Shown piece after piece: positions 26,957 to 35,452 of a stretch of 64,000 nt of DNA. The stretch spans positions 6,348 through 70,347 of the forward strand of contig CAZCNP010000005.1 in NCBI GenBank assembly GCA_964500725.1, read 5' to 3'. The stretch comes from an uncultured Gammaproteobacteria bacterium. Lineage in GTDB: Bacteria; Patescibacteriota; Microgenomatia; Daviesbacterales; UBA10151. Position 1 is the first letter of the stretch. Each line of letters starts with the position of its first letter. The position numbers and the translations under genes are program-made. Under the pieces are notes generated by a model, which was given only the letters and a program-made list of their open reading frames with translations, had not been told where the DNA came from and ran no database searches.

Positions 26957-27601
26957 ATGATTCCTTTAAGGGATTCACACCCAGCTGGCAGATTTCCTTT
27001 TTGGGTGGTTTTAATAATTGCTATAAATATTTATGTTTTTTTTCTGGAGCTAACTGCCCTAAATCCAGATGATTTAATTGGCAAATATGCCTTAATTCCC
27101 AGCCTTGTAAACCCTTTAAATCCAATCAGTTGGCTTCCCTTTATTACCAGCCAGTTCCTGCATGGAGGCTTTATTCATATTATCTCTAACATGCTATTTT
27201 TGTGGGTATTTGGGGATAATGTGGAAGATAGAGTGGGGTTTTTGCTATTCCCTTTCTTTTACCTGGCTGCAGGGGCTGCAGGAGGGCTTACTCAATATAT
27301 TCTAAACCCAGATATAAATATTCCTATGTTGGGGGCCTCAGGAGCTATTGCAGGGGTTTTAGGTTTTTACTTTACAAAATTTGGGCATCATACTGTTAAA
27401 ACTTTTATCCCTGTGTTTGGATTTTTTACTATTATTAATGTTCCAGCCTCAGTAATGTTATTTTATTGGTTTTTTGCCCAACTTTTTGCTGGAGCCGCCA
27501 GTATCAGTCTAGCAGCAACAGAAGCAGGAGGCGTAGCCTTTTTTGCCCATATTGGGGGCTTTGCCTTTGGCTGGATAGTAGGGAAATTATTTCCTACTTA
27601 A
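26957..27601 (+). CDS. rhomboid family intramembrane serine protease (copy 1)
   Basis: FLHGGFIHIISNMLFLWVFGDNVE (loop/TM2 motif), GASGAIAGVLG (catalytic Ser), AHIGGF (catalytic His); 214 aa. Confidence 0.85.
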   Translation: MIPLRDSHPAGRFPFWVVLIIAINIYVFFLELTALNPDDLIGKYALIPSLVNPLNPISWLPFITSQFLHGGFIHIISNMLFLWVFGDNVEDRVGFLLFPFFYLAAGAAGGLTQYILNPDINIPMLGASGAIAGVLGFYFTKFGHHTVKTFIPVFGFFTIINVPASVMLFYWFFAQLFAGAASISLAATEAGGVAFFAHIGGFAFGWIVGKLFPT

Positions 27602-27876
27602 TTACAATAGTTTGGAGCCTCAGAATTTGCTTCTCCCTTTGCTCCAGTTGATTGGCCCGGGTTATTTGATGACACCGGTCTACCAACAGGATCAGAATAT
27701 GTATCTATACCGTGATTTACCCCGCTAAAATACTCAGGGTTGCCTACAGCGCTAGACTGATATGATACACATTCATCAGCTGGAACAAAAACATCATTTA
27801 TAGCAAATGCTTGTGAAACAAATAATCCAAGAGCAGTTATAGCTGTTGCTGTCCCTGCTATTAGTTTAGTTTTCAA
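27598..27876 (-). CDS. small secreted protein
   Basis: Signal peptide MKTKLIAGTATAITALGLFVSQAFA; 92 aa; two Cys. Confidence 0.3.
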   Translation of the reverse strand: MKTKLIAGTATAITALGLFVSQAFAINDVFVPADECVSYQSSAVGNPEYFSGVNHGIDTYSDPVGRPVSSNNPGQSTGAKGEANSEAPNYCN

Positions 27877-27967
27877 TATTTCTCACCCCCTTGCTTTGCA
27901 GAAATATTACTTTAGCGCCTTGAGAAGAGAGTGAAAAATAAGTAAGAGATAGAAAAGAATCCTCTAA

Positions 27968-28042
27968 TGGTCGGGGTGGAGAGAATTGAACTCTCTACAT
28001 CTGCGTCCCAAACGCAGCGGTCTACCGATGACCTACACCCCG
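27968..28042 (-). tRNA. tRNA-Pro (anticodon TGG), CCA encoded
   Basis: Reverse complement CGGGGTGTAGGTCATCGGTAGACCGCTGCGTTTGGGACGCAGATGTAGAGAGTTCAATTCTCTCCACCCCGACCA; anticodon loop TTTGGGA. Confidence 0.9.
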
Positions 28043-28187
28043 AAATCCCTTTATGTGGGCTAACTTCAATTATTATATTTCGCCTTCGGCAATAAATTGC
28101 TGTTAACCCGTTGAATTATCATTTAGATAATTCAACAGTCTACCATAAGTAGACAGATAGTAAAAGAGATGTTAAACTCCCAAAGTT

Positions 28188-29159
28188 ATGGTGGTTGAGG
28201 CTCAAAGAGTAAGGATACACAAAAGTGTTCTTGTTAGGAATAGAAGGCCAGGTTTGCCTGAGCTGCCTGACGATGGCTTCATCTTCGATCAAACCTTTAT
28301 TGGATTAAATGCCTTTTTAAGGCTTACTCCAGCTGACCTTGCCCCATATAAAACTATCTCTGCCGAGGCAGGGGATGGCACAGATCAACGGCTCTTCCGC
28401 CTAGTCCATGCTCTAAAATTGCCTCCTGATAAAATTCCCACATTTTATTTGAAGGGTGGAGGTAGCGCTAACACATTATTTAGAGGACTAACGTATCTAA
28501 CTCCTGTTCCTATTCCAGAAGAGCAGCAAGAATATTTTTCCCCCGATAAATACACTGCATATAGATATAAACCCCCTGTTTTAATCCATGATACTGGCAA
28601 GATGGACCCTTGCGCCTATCTTATCAGTCTTGGACATCTGGGAGTCAGAACCACAATGATAAAAGACGATTTAACTAAAAATGATCCAGGCAAAGATATT
28701 CAAGCTATTTATGTTCAAGCAGCCATACAATCGTTAAAACAATTAGGAAATAGAACTAGACCTACTAATATCCAATATCGCGTCAATGGACAAACATATG
28801 ATTTAGCCCAAAACCATGTTGCAGCTTTTGAAACAATAGCTGTGCCTGTACTAGCCACTTTTGAAGTGAAAAAGAAAATTGCTGAAAATCAAGTAAGGTT
28901 AATCTTAATTCGTGCCAATACAAGCTCAGCTTTATATACAAAGTATTTACTTTCTCTAGTAGTAGGCAGCAGACTAGGGATTGATGCTGCAATAAAGATG
29001 AGCCTTGTTGAAACAATCGATGCAGATGAAATTTCGGTTAGCCCAGATTTATCAAAAAAACCTAATTGCTGCACAGATGGCCAGCAAGAAACCCTCACAG
29101 ATCAACAAATCCTAATTAAAAGAAGCCCTGAGAGTTTTCTAATTATCACTCCTAGATAA
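28188..29159 (+). CDS. hypothetical protein (orphan; noticeably higher GC than neighbours) lying between tRNA-Pro and tRNA-Leu
   Basis: 323 aa, no motif recognised by eye. Start codon uncertain (first ATG codon of ORF). Confidence 0.4.
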   Translation: MVVEAQRVRIHKSVLVRNRRPGLPELPDDGFIFDQTFIGLNAFLRLTPADLAPYKTISAEAGDGTDQRLFRLVHALKLPPDKIPTFYLKGGGSANTLFRGLTYLTPVPIPEEQQEYFSPDKYTAYRYKPPVLIHDTGKMDPCAYLISLGHLGVRTTMIKDDLTKNDPGKDIQAIYVQAAIQSLKQLGNRTRPTNIQYRVNGQTYDLAQNHVAAFETIAVPVLATFEVKKKIAENQVRLILIRANTSSALYTKYLLSLVVGSRLGIDAAIKMSLVETIDADEISVSPDLSKKPNCCTDGQQETLTDQQILIKRSPESFLIITPR

Positions 29160-29193
29160 CCTCTGTAGGACTTTACTCCAATCCTTTTAAGGG

Positions 29194-29275
29194 TGCTGGT
29201 GAAGGGAGTCGAACCCTTATGCCTTTTGGGCACTCGCTCTTAAGGCGAGCGTGTATGCCATTCCACCACGCCAGC
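29194..29275 (-). tRNA. tRNA-Leu (anticodon TAA), long variable arm
   Basis: Reverse complement GCTGGCGTGGTGGAATGGCATACACGCTCGCCTTAAGAGCGAGTGCCCAAAAGGCATAAGGGTTCGACTCCCTTCACCAGCA; anticodon loop CTTAAGA. One acceptor-stem mismatch. Confidence 0.85.
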
Positions 29276-29356
29276 ATGTTGAGCTATTGTACTAAAAACT
29301 AACGATAATTTAAATATTGACAATTTGTAAATGGTAGATTATTCTAAGTCCCTAAT

Positions 29357-30025
29357 ATGTCAGCAACCAGAAAAAAACTTTTCTTTTTAGCTCTCTTTTC
29401 TATAGTAGGATTTATTAGCCTTCAGATTCCTTTTAACAAAATCGTGGGCTCAAATGTATCTTTTACCCTGTTTGATTTCTTTGCTCCAATGGCTGGAGGA
29501 TTTTTAGGTCCTGTATTTGGAATTATTTCAGTATTTGGGGTTGAAATTGTAAATATGCTAGTAAAAGGCTCCCCTTGGACTACTGGTTCTATTATTAGAC
29601 TTTTCCCAACCCTTTTTGCTGTTTTATATTTTGCCCTTACTTCAAAGAAAAAACTAAATGCAAAATGGATGCTAGCTATCCCAGTTCTTTGCATTGCTGT
29701 CTTTATAGCACACCCAATTGGCAGACAAGTCCCTTATTATGCTTTAATGTTTTGGTTTATTCCTGTTATTGCTTACTTTAAGAGAGATAACCTCTGGGCA
29801 AGAAGCTTAGGCACAACTTTTACAGCCCATGCTGTAGGGGGAGCAGCCTGGATCTGGGCTTTTAACCTGCCAGCTCAGGTTTGGCACAACCTAATCCCAT
29901 TGGTTATAGCAGAAAGATTGCTCTTTGCCACAGGTATTGCTGCTTCCTATATTTTGGTAAAACATACCCTTAATTTCTTAGCATCTAAAAAGCTACTTCC
30001 AAAACTGGATTTTGCTACCTCCTAA
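29357..30025 (+). CDS. polytopic membrane protein (possible ECF-transporter substrate-binding S component)
   Basis: About 6 TM helices, 222 aa, immediately upstream of a RibD-C reductase-domain gene. S-component call is tentative. Confidence 0.35.
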   Translation: MSATRKKLFFLALFSIVGFISLQIPFNKIVGSNVSFTLFDFFAPMAGGFLGPVFGIISVFGVEIVNMLVKGSPWTTGSIIRLFPTLFAVLYFALTSKKKLNAKWMLAIPVLCIAVFIAHPIGRQVPYYALMFWFIPVIAYFKRDNLWARSLGTTFTAHAVGGAAWIWAFNLPAQVWHNLIPLVIAERLLFATGIAASYILVKHTLNFLASKKLLPKLDFATS

Positions 30026-30031
30026 TAAAGG

Positions 30032-30664
30032 ATGCTCTACCCAAATCTAAAATTCCCTAAAAAAGCAGGCAGACCATTTTTTTATACTAATTTTGTTGCT
30101 ACCCTTGATGGAAAAATTCAAGTCTTAGAACACCAAAAGGATTACTGGCCAATAGGTTCAAAAGTTGATCATGATACTTTAATGGAACTTAGAGCCTATG
30201 CAGATTGCCTTATTCATGGCAGCCACACAGCAAAAGAGGCAGCTAGAGCTACCCTAGAAAGCCTTAGCAGCCCCTCTTTTAAAGCATTAAGGAAAAAGCT
30301 GGGTAAAGATCCAGTATTGCCATATTATGTAGTAACCAATCATCCTGAAAATTTCTCTAATTTAGCTTCTAAAATTACTACTGTGCCACACAATTTAACT
30401 CTTTTATCAAAGAATTTATATAAAAAGGGGGTTAGGAATGTACTTATGGAGGGTGGTCCCACCCTTTTAGGATCTTTTCTGAAAGCCAATTTAATAGATG
30501 AGGTATTTTTAACCATTGCTCCTAAAATCTTTGGCAGCCAAAAGACAGCAACCTTAACCTTAGTTGAAGGGACCCTTTTTCCTCCTCAAAGTATCAAAAA
30601 ACTTAAACTTCTTTCAGTAAAGCCAATTAATAATGAGATTTTCCTAAGGTATAAAGTAATTTAA
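30032..30664 (+). CDS. RibD C-terminal domain / dihydrofolate reductase-like reductase
   Basis: FVATLDGKI and NVLMEGGPTLLGSFLKANLIDEVFLTIAPKIFG match PF01872-type reductase domain. Confidence 0.65.
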   Translation: MLYPNLKFPKKAGRPFFYTNFVATLDGKIQVLEHQKDYWPIGSKVDHDTLMELRAYADCLIHGSHTAKEAARATLESLSSPSFKALRKKLGKDPVLPYYVVTNHPENFSNLASKITTVPHNLTLLSKNLYKKGVRNVLMEGGPTLLGSFLKANLIDEVFLTIAPKIFGSQKTATLTLVEGTLFPPQSIKKLKLLSVKPINNEIFLRYKVI

Positions 30665-30921
30665 CGATCTTCTCTTGGTCTTGCAATGTTGACTACGATC
30701 TTACGACCTTCAACCTCTGAACCATTTAAGTTTTTGACTGCGTTTTGAGCCTCTTCATCAGAAGACATCTCAACGAAACCAAATCCTCTAGATCTACCTG
30801 TTTCTCTGTCTTTAATAACTTGCGCAGATGCAACAGTACCAGCTTGAGCAAAAAGTTGCGCAAGGCCAGCATCGTCAATAGACCAAGGTAAAGAACCTAC
30901 AAATAATTTTCTATTATTCAA
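30661..30921 (-). CDS. RRM-domain RNA-binding protein
   Basis: RNP-2 KLFVGSL and RNP-1 RGFGFVEM motifs; 86 aa. Confidence 0.8.
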   Translation of the reverse strand: MNNRKLFVGSLPWSIDDAGLAQLFAQAGTVASAQVIKDRETGRSRGFGFVEMSSDEEAQNAVKNLNGSEVEGRKIVVNIARPREDR

Positions 30922-31044
30922 AAAAATTCACCTCTCTTTCTTTTTAAGATTTGTGGAGGTGAATTACTGTAAAAACACAAAATACACTCTACTCACACCT
31001 AAATTGTCCCATATTTGTAAGCAAATAGCAAGTAGCTTGGAAAA

Positions 31045-31839
31045 TTAAAGTTTACCGAAGGCACCAGATTCAATTGCGTCCCTGACATCTAATTCAGTAA
31101 TCTTACGAATTAACCTTTCGTCAAAGACATTTATAACCATCTTCTGTAATACAGTCACTGATTCACCAATCAGTTCAAGTCCTCTAGCAAATCCACCTTC
31201 AATCCGAGCATTTCTGGCCCAAGCAATATCCTTTAGCATTGCTCCAGCTCCTCTGTCTTTCAAACGATCAAGCACACCGAAACCAAAAACTGATTCTATA
31301 TCTGCCCGAACTTCGGTGTCTGTTCGATTATCATCCACATCTGCAAAATCTTTAATCGCCCTTGCTGCAATTTCTTGGGCAACTCCTAAAACAGATTCAG
31401 CAGGCTTTAAGTCACCAATTAATATATCTTCACCAGCATTCTCTCCTTGAGGTAACGATAATCTCTGTGTTGACACATTCTTTTTAGAACTTATTACTGA
31501 AGCTGTTGACAATCTAACTCCATTCCGCTTATATCTTTTTCTCAACTCTGCCACTTGGGAAGGAACAATGTTTGCTATTCTAAGAGGTGTATATTTTGCG
31601 CTTTGAGTTATTGCAGTTGCTGCTCCCTCACTTAATTGAATAAAACGCGGATCATCCTGCATTTGTTCAGGAGTAAAATCTTCAGTTAACACATTCCATA
31701 TATACGAGGTCCTAAATCCAGGCTTGCCCCCCAATAGACACGATCGAACTATACCAACTTCAGCAACGAGCCCTTGATATTGAGCCACAGCGGTATAATA
31801 TTGCTCCTTTGCCGGATTTATTTCTGCTGTACTAGACAT
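31045..31839 (-). CDS. hypothetical protein co-regulated with the adjacent Fic gene. Start moved to the Met 12 nt downstream of TATAAT; 264 aa, no His residues.
   Basis: Own sigma70-like promoter (TTGCAA-16-TATAAT) read on minus strand, overlapped by triple ATCRCGCAA repeats. No recognisable domain. Composition richer in GC than flanks. Confidence 0.4.
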   Translation of the reverse strand: MSSTAEINPAKEQYYTAVAQYQGLVAEVGIVRSCLLGGKPGFRTSYIWNVLTEDFTPEQMQDDPRFIQLSEGAATAITQSAKYTPLRIANIVPSQVAELRKRYKRNGVRLSTASVISSKKNVSTQRLSLPQGENAGEDILIGDLKPAESVLGVAQEIAARAIKDFADVDDNRTDTEVRADIESVFGFGVLDRLKDRGAGAMLKDIAWARNARIEGGFARGLELIGESVTVLQKMVINVFDERLIRKITELDVRDAIESGAFGKL

Positions 31840-31888
31840 ATTATTAGCCTGATTATACACGATCAATTATCATTTGCAAGCACTATTG

Positions 31889-31921
31889 AATCGCGCAAAG
31901 ATCGCGCAAGCAATCACGCAA
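31889..31921 (-). promoter_or_regulatory. operator-like triple direct repeat (aATCGCGCAA / gATCGCGCAA / aATCACGCAA; spacing 11 then 12) overlapping promoter of the 264-aa gene
   Basis: Seen directly; same repeat architecture at 33018..33049. Confidence 0.4.
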
Positions 31922-31932
31922 CCGGACAACGC

Positions 31933-32991
31933 CTATTTTGCTAAGCTATAGAAAGAACTTGGGCCCTTACCATCTAATTTAATCAGTTTTTTATCTGATA
32001 AGTTTTTAAGCTTTAGTTGTGCAGTCCTTTTTGCAACTCCCAGCACATCTACCACATCTTCAGAAGTAATTCTGCCAGTGGTGGTTAAAAAATCCATAAT
32101 TTGAATTTCATCTCGATCTAAAAAGATCTGCTCCGATTTTTTGCTGGCTTTACCAAAACCTATTGATTGAACTTGTTCTAAAGCTTTTCTGGCCTCAACC
32201 AAAAATCCAGTGGTAAAGTATTCCAGCCAGGTAGTAAAATCCATATCCTTTTGGTAATTTTTGCCTTGAGCTCTGTTTTCTGCATTATAGTAAGACATTC
32301 TATCCCTATTGTAATAATCTTCCAAAACCAAAATCTTTCTAAAATCCCAATTATCCCTGTAAAGCTGAAGCTGAGTTAAAAGCCTCGCCACCCTGCCATT
32401 TCCATCTGTAAAAGGATGGATGGTTACAAACTGCAAATGTAGTATACCTGCCTTAATAATAGGATGTATACTTTCTTTTTGGGAACCTTTGAGCCAAGCT
32501 AACAAATCTTCAATTAGTTTCTTAACTTGAGGAGCAGGAGGAGCCTTAAACCTCAGCATCTCTCTGCCATCACCCAAATCATCCAAAACATACACATCAG
32601 CAGGCCTAAACTTTCCCACCTTTTGGTCTTCAACCAAACCTTTAACTACTGCTTTGTGCAAACTTAATACCTCATCTATAGTAATATCTCCTTTTTTCTT
32701 GCTTAACTCATCTAACAGCTTTAAAGCATTATAGTAATTTTCTACCTCTAAAATATCTTTTTGAGGAGCCCTGACTGCTTTGCCTTCTAAAACTTTCCCT
32801 ACTTCAAATTGGGCTAATTTGTTTCCCTCAATAGAGGTAGAAGTATGAGCCATCCTCAAAATTGCCTGCCTTCTTAGTTGAGCTTCATTCAAAGGCAAAA
32901 CTCTTGATCTTTCTATTGCAGCTTTAATTTCTGCAATCTCAGCAATTCTGGATAAAATAGTGGAGGTAATACTATATTGAGGTTGAAGCAT
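31933..32991 (-). CDS. fic: Fic family protein (class II: N-terminal inhibitory STSIEGN motif; canonical HPFTDGNGRVARLL active site; C-terminal winged-helix-like tail)
   Basis: HPFTDGNGR Fic motif; (S/T)xxxE(G/N) motif near residue 50; 352 aa. Confidence 0.85.
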   Translation of the reverse strand: MLQPQYSITSTILSRIAEIAEIKAAIERSRVLPLNEAQLRRQAILRMAHTSTSIEGNKLAQFEVGKVLEGKAVRAPQKDILEVENYYNALKLLDELSKKKGDITIDEVLSLHKAVVKGLVEDQKVGKFRPADVYVLDDLGDGREMLRFKAPPAPQVKKLIEDLLAWLKGSQKESIHPIIKAGILHLQFVTIHPFTDGNGRVARLLTQLQLYRDNWDFRKILVLEDYYNRDRMSYYNAENRAQGKNYQKDMDFTTWLEYFTTGFLVEARKALEQVQSIGFGKASKKSEQIFLDRDEIQIMDFLTTTGRITSEDVVDVLGVAKRTAQLKLKNLSDKKLIKLDGKGPSSFYSLAK

Positions 32992-33017
32992 ATTTATATA
33001 TTATAGTATACCACAAA

Positions 33018-33049
33018 ATCACGCAATAATCGCGTAATAAATCACGCAA
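33018..33049 (-). promoter_or_regulatory. operator-like triple direct repeat (ATCACGCAA / ATCGCGTAA / ATCACGCAA; spacing 11 then 12) overlapping -35 region of the Fic promoter. A -10 TATACT/TATAAT lies about 13 nt before the Fic ATG.
   Basis: Seen directly in the divergent intergenic region 32992..33093. Confidence 0.4.
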
Positions 33050-33093
33050 TCGGCCGAATGACAGTTTTTGACAAGGGCAAACGATGATACAAT

Positions 33094-34515
33094 TTGGTAA
33101 TGTGGATTAAATTACTGCTTCTATTTTTTGTTTTTTCCTTTCTTTTTAAAGCAGACCATTCTTTTGATCAGGATTTAGGAAGACACTTAAAACTGGGAGA
33201 GATTATTTGGCAGACAAAATCTGTCCCAAAGGCTAATCTTTTTTCTTATACCAACCCAGATTTTCCTTTTATAAATACACATTGGCTATTTGAGGTCTGG
33301 GTTTACTTAACAAGCCAAAGTATAGGGCTTCAAAGCTTACTAGTTATTAAAATCCTTATTTTTTTGCTTTCTATTTGGATTATTTTAAAAATTATTCCTA
33401 AAGAAAAAAGTCTACTTCTGCTTCCCATTGGATATATTTTCTTTCATGTTTTAAGAGAAAGAACAGAATTCAGGCCAGAAATTTTCAGCTTTCTTTTTAC
33501 AGCCAGCACTTACTACATATTAGAAAGATTTTTAAGAGGGCCAACAAAATTAATTTATCTACTACCAGCAATTCAGCTAATTTGGATAAATACCCACATC
33601 TACTTTTTTGTAGGTTTAATATTACAAGCTATATTTCTGCTTCATCTTCTATATCATCATCTACGTTCCCACATCGGAAGTGGGAAGGTAAAGATATTAG
33701 GGATTATCTTTGTATTATCGGTTGCAGCAAGTTTGATTAATCCTAATGGGCTGGCAGGTTTTCTTTATCCTTTAAATGTAACTAAAAACTATGGTTATAC
33801 TATTGTAGAAAATCAAACCATTTTTCTTTTGGAGAGTATTGGTTTTATTGATCCTAATATTATCTATGCCAAAATAACAATAGGTTTGACTGCTTTAATT
33901 CTTCTCTTTGCTGCATACAAAAGAGTCTTTGAAATTAAAAATATCTTGATTGCTGGTTTTGGTGTTGCCTTGGCTTTAATAAATGTCAGAGGCCTGCCAT
34001 ACCTGGTATTTTTATCTTTACCTGCAGCACTGCTTAGTATCCCAGCATCTATAGCAAAAAAGGGCTTCTTTATAATTCTTACTACTCTAACAATAATTCT
34101 TTTGATTTTTGAAAGTTTTTCTTATTTAAAAAGTAAGCCTCAACTTAAGTTTGTAGAAAATGTTAAGGCAGCTATGGATTTTGTGATAAGCAATAAGCTA
34201 TCCGGACCAATCTATAATAATTTTGATATAGGCAGTTATATTATTTACAAAGGTTACCCCAACTACCAAGTATTTGTAGATGGCAGACCAGAAGCTTACC
34301 CTACAAAATTCCTTACTGAAGAATATATTCCTTCTCAAGCAGACTATTCCAAGTTTAAGGAGTTAGATAAAAAATATAGCTTTAAAACCATCATTTTCTC
34401 CCGAACAGACCAAACTCCCTGGGGCAGAAACTTTTTAAACTCTGTGACACGGGATAATACTTGGAAAACAGTTTATCTTGATAACTTTATGATAGTTTTA
34501 GTTAAAGTAATTTAA
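33094..34515 (+). CDS. large polytopic membrane protein (unknown; possibly glycosyltransferase-like membrane enzyme)
   Basis: 473 aa with more than 10 predicted hydrophobic helices and one larger soluble loop near the C-terminus. Confidence 0.4.
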   Translation: MVMWIKLLLLFFVFSFLFKADHSFDQDLGRHLKLGEIIWQTKSVPKANLFSYTNPDFPFINTHWLFEVWVYLTSQSIGLQSLLVIKILIFLLSIWIILKIIPKEKSLLLLPIGYIFFHVLRERTEFRPEIFSFLFTASTYYILERFLRGPTKLIYLLPAIQLIWINTHIYFFVGLILQAIFLLHLLYHHLRSHIGSGKVKILGIIFVLSVAASLINPNGLAGFLYPLNVTKNYGYTIVENQTIFLLESIGFIDPNIIYAKITIGLTALILLFAAYKRVFEIKNILIAGFGVALALINVRGLPYLVFLSLPAALLSIPASIAKKGFFIILTTLTIILLIFESFSYLKSKPQLKFVENVKAAMDFVISNKLSGPIYNNFDIGSYIIYKGYPNYQVFVDGRPEAYPTKFLTEEYIPSQADYSKFKELDKKYSFKTIIFSRTDQTPWGRNFLNSVTRDNTWKTVYLDNFMIVLVKVI

Positions 34516-35429
34516 GTTAAAACTTTTTTGGATTTTAAGAAAAAGTAACCCACTACCATAGCAGTAACAATAGGGGAAACCCAAGAAGGGATATGGGCTC
34601 CAAAGCTATCCAAAAGCATTATACTTCCTAGAAAAAAGATTGAATACATAGCTCCATTTTTTAAGTAGATATATTTTTTAATTCTATCTATATTTGAAAT
34701 TGTTAACTGCCTGACTACCAATGCTCCTATACCATTACCCAGCAAAATTAAAGGCACAGATAAAGTAAAAGCAAATGCTCCAACCACTCCATCTATAGAA
34801 AAGGTAGCATCAATTACCTCCAGATATAAAATCTTGCTAGTGTCAGATAATGTTGTACCTCCTTTGTGTATTAATTTTTCTTCTGCTTGCTTGGCATTTC
34901 CTTTAAAACCATGGGTAATAAAAAAAGCAGTAGATCCAACCACTGCTCCAAAAGCCATTAAAGGGTCTATTTTTATAGCAAACCAAACCACAACTGCCAA
35001 AACTATAGAAACAACAGCATAAAACCAAACTCCTTTGCTTTGGAAAAATCTTTCACCTCTTAAACCAAAATTTTTAGGTTCTAAAAATAACCAGTGAAAA
35101 AATAGGAATACTAAAAATATACCTCCTCCAGAAAGTAAAATATGTTTAGAAGACTCAATTGCTTCCGCAACTGCAGGATCGCTGCTTAAAGCTGCAGTAA
35201 AAGATCCTACTGGCCCAAGTGTAGGATTAACAGCCCAAACTATTGCCCAGGGAAGCAAACCCCTAAGTAAAAAAACAGCAATAAAAAGTCCCCATACCAG
35301 AAACCACCTTCTAGCCTTTTTACCCATGGTGGATAAAACTTCAGCGTTAATTACAGCGTTATCTAAAGAAGAAACAGTTTCAAAAAGAACCAGCCCTGCA
35401 ACAACTAAAGTAATACTTAAAAAATCCAT
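34512..35429 (-). CDS. TerC/DUF475-family integral membrane protein
   Basis: N-terminal LFETVSSLDNAVINA resembles the TerC-family xLSxDNAxVxA motif; 305 aa polytopic. Confidence 0.5.
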   Translation of the reverse strand: MDFLSITLVVAGLVLFETVSSLDNAVINAEVLSTMGKKARRWFLVWGLFIAVFLLRGLLPWAIVWAVNPTLGPVGSFTAALSSDPAVAEAIESSKHILLSGGGIFLVFLFFHWLFLEPKNFGLRGERFFQSKGVWFYAVVSIVLAVVVWFAIKIDPLMAFGAVVGSTAFFITHGFKGNAKQAEEKLIHKGGTTLSDTSKILYLEVIDATFSIDGVVGAFAFTLSVPLILLGNGIGALVVRQLTISNIDRIKKYIYLKNGAMYSIFFLGSIMLLDSFGAHIPSWVSPIVTAMVVGYFFLKSKKVLT

Positions 35430-35452
35430 GTGAATTATTATATACTACATGG

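Noticed and set aside
20027-29694. Further embedded antisense ORFs: 20027..20215, 21860..22072, 22048..22272, 27466..27651, 28783..29016, 28889..29098, 29422..29694
   Set aside because: Each lies inside and opposite a longer ORF with clear homology. No independent signals.
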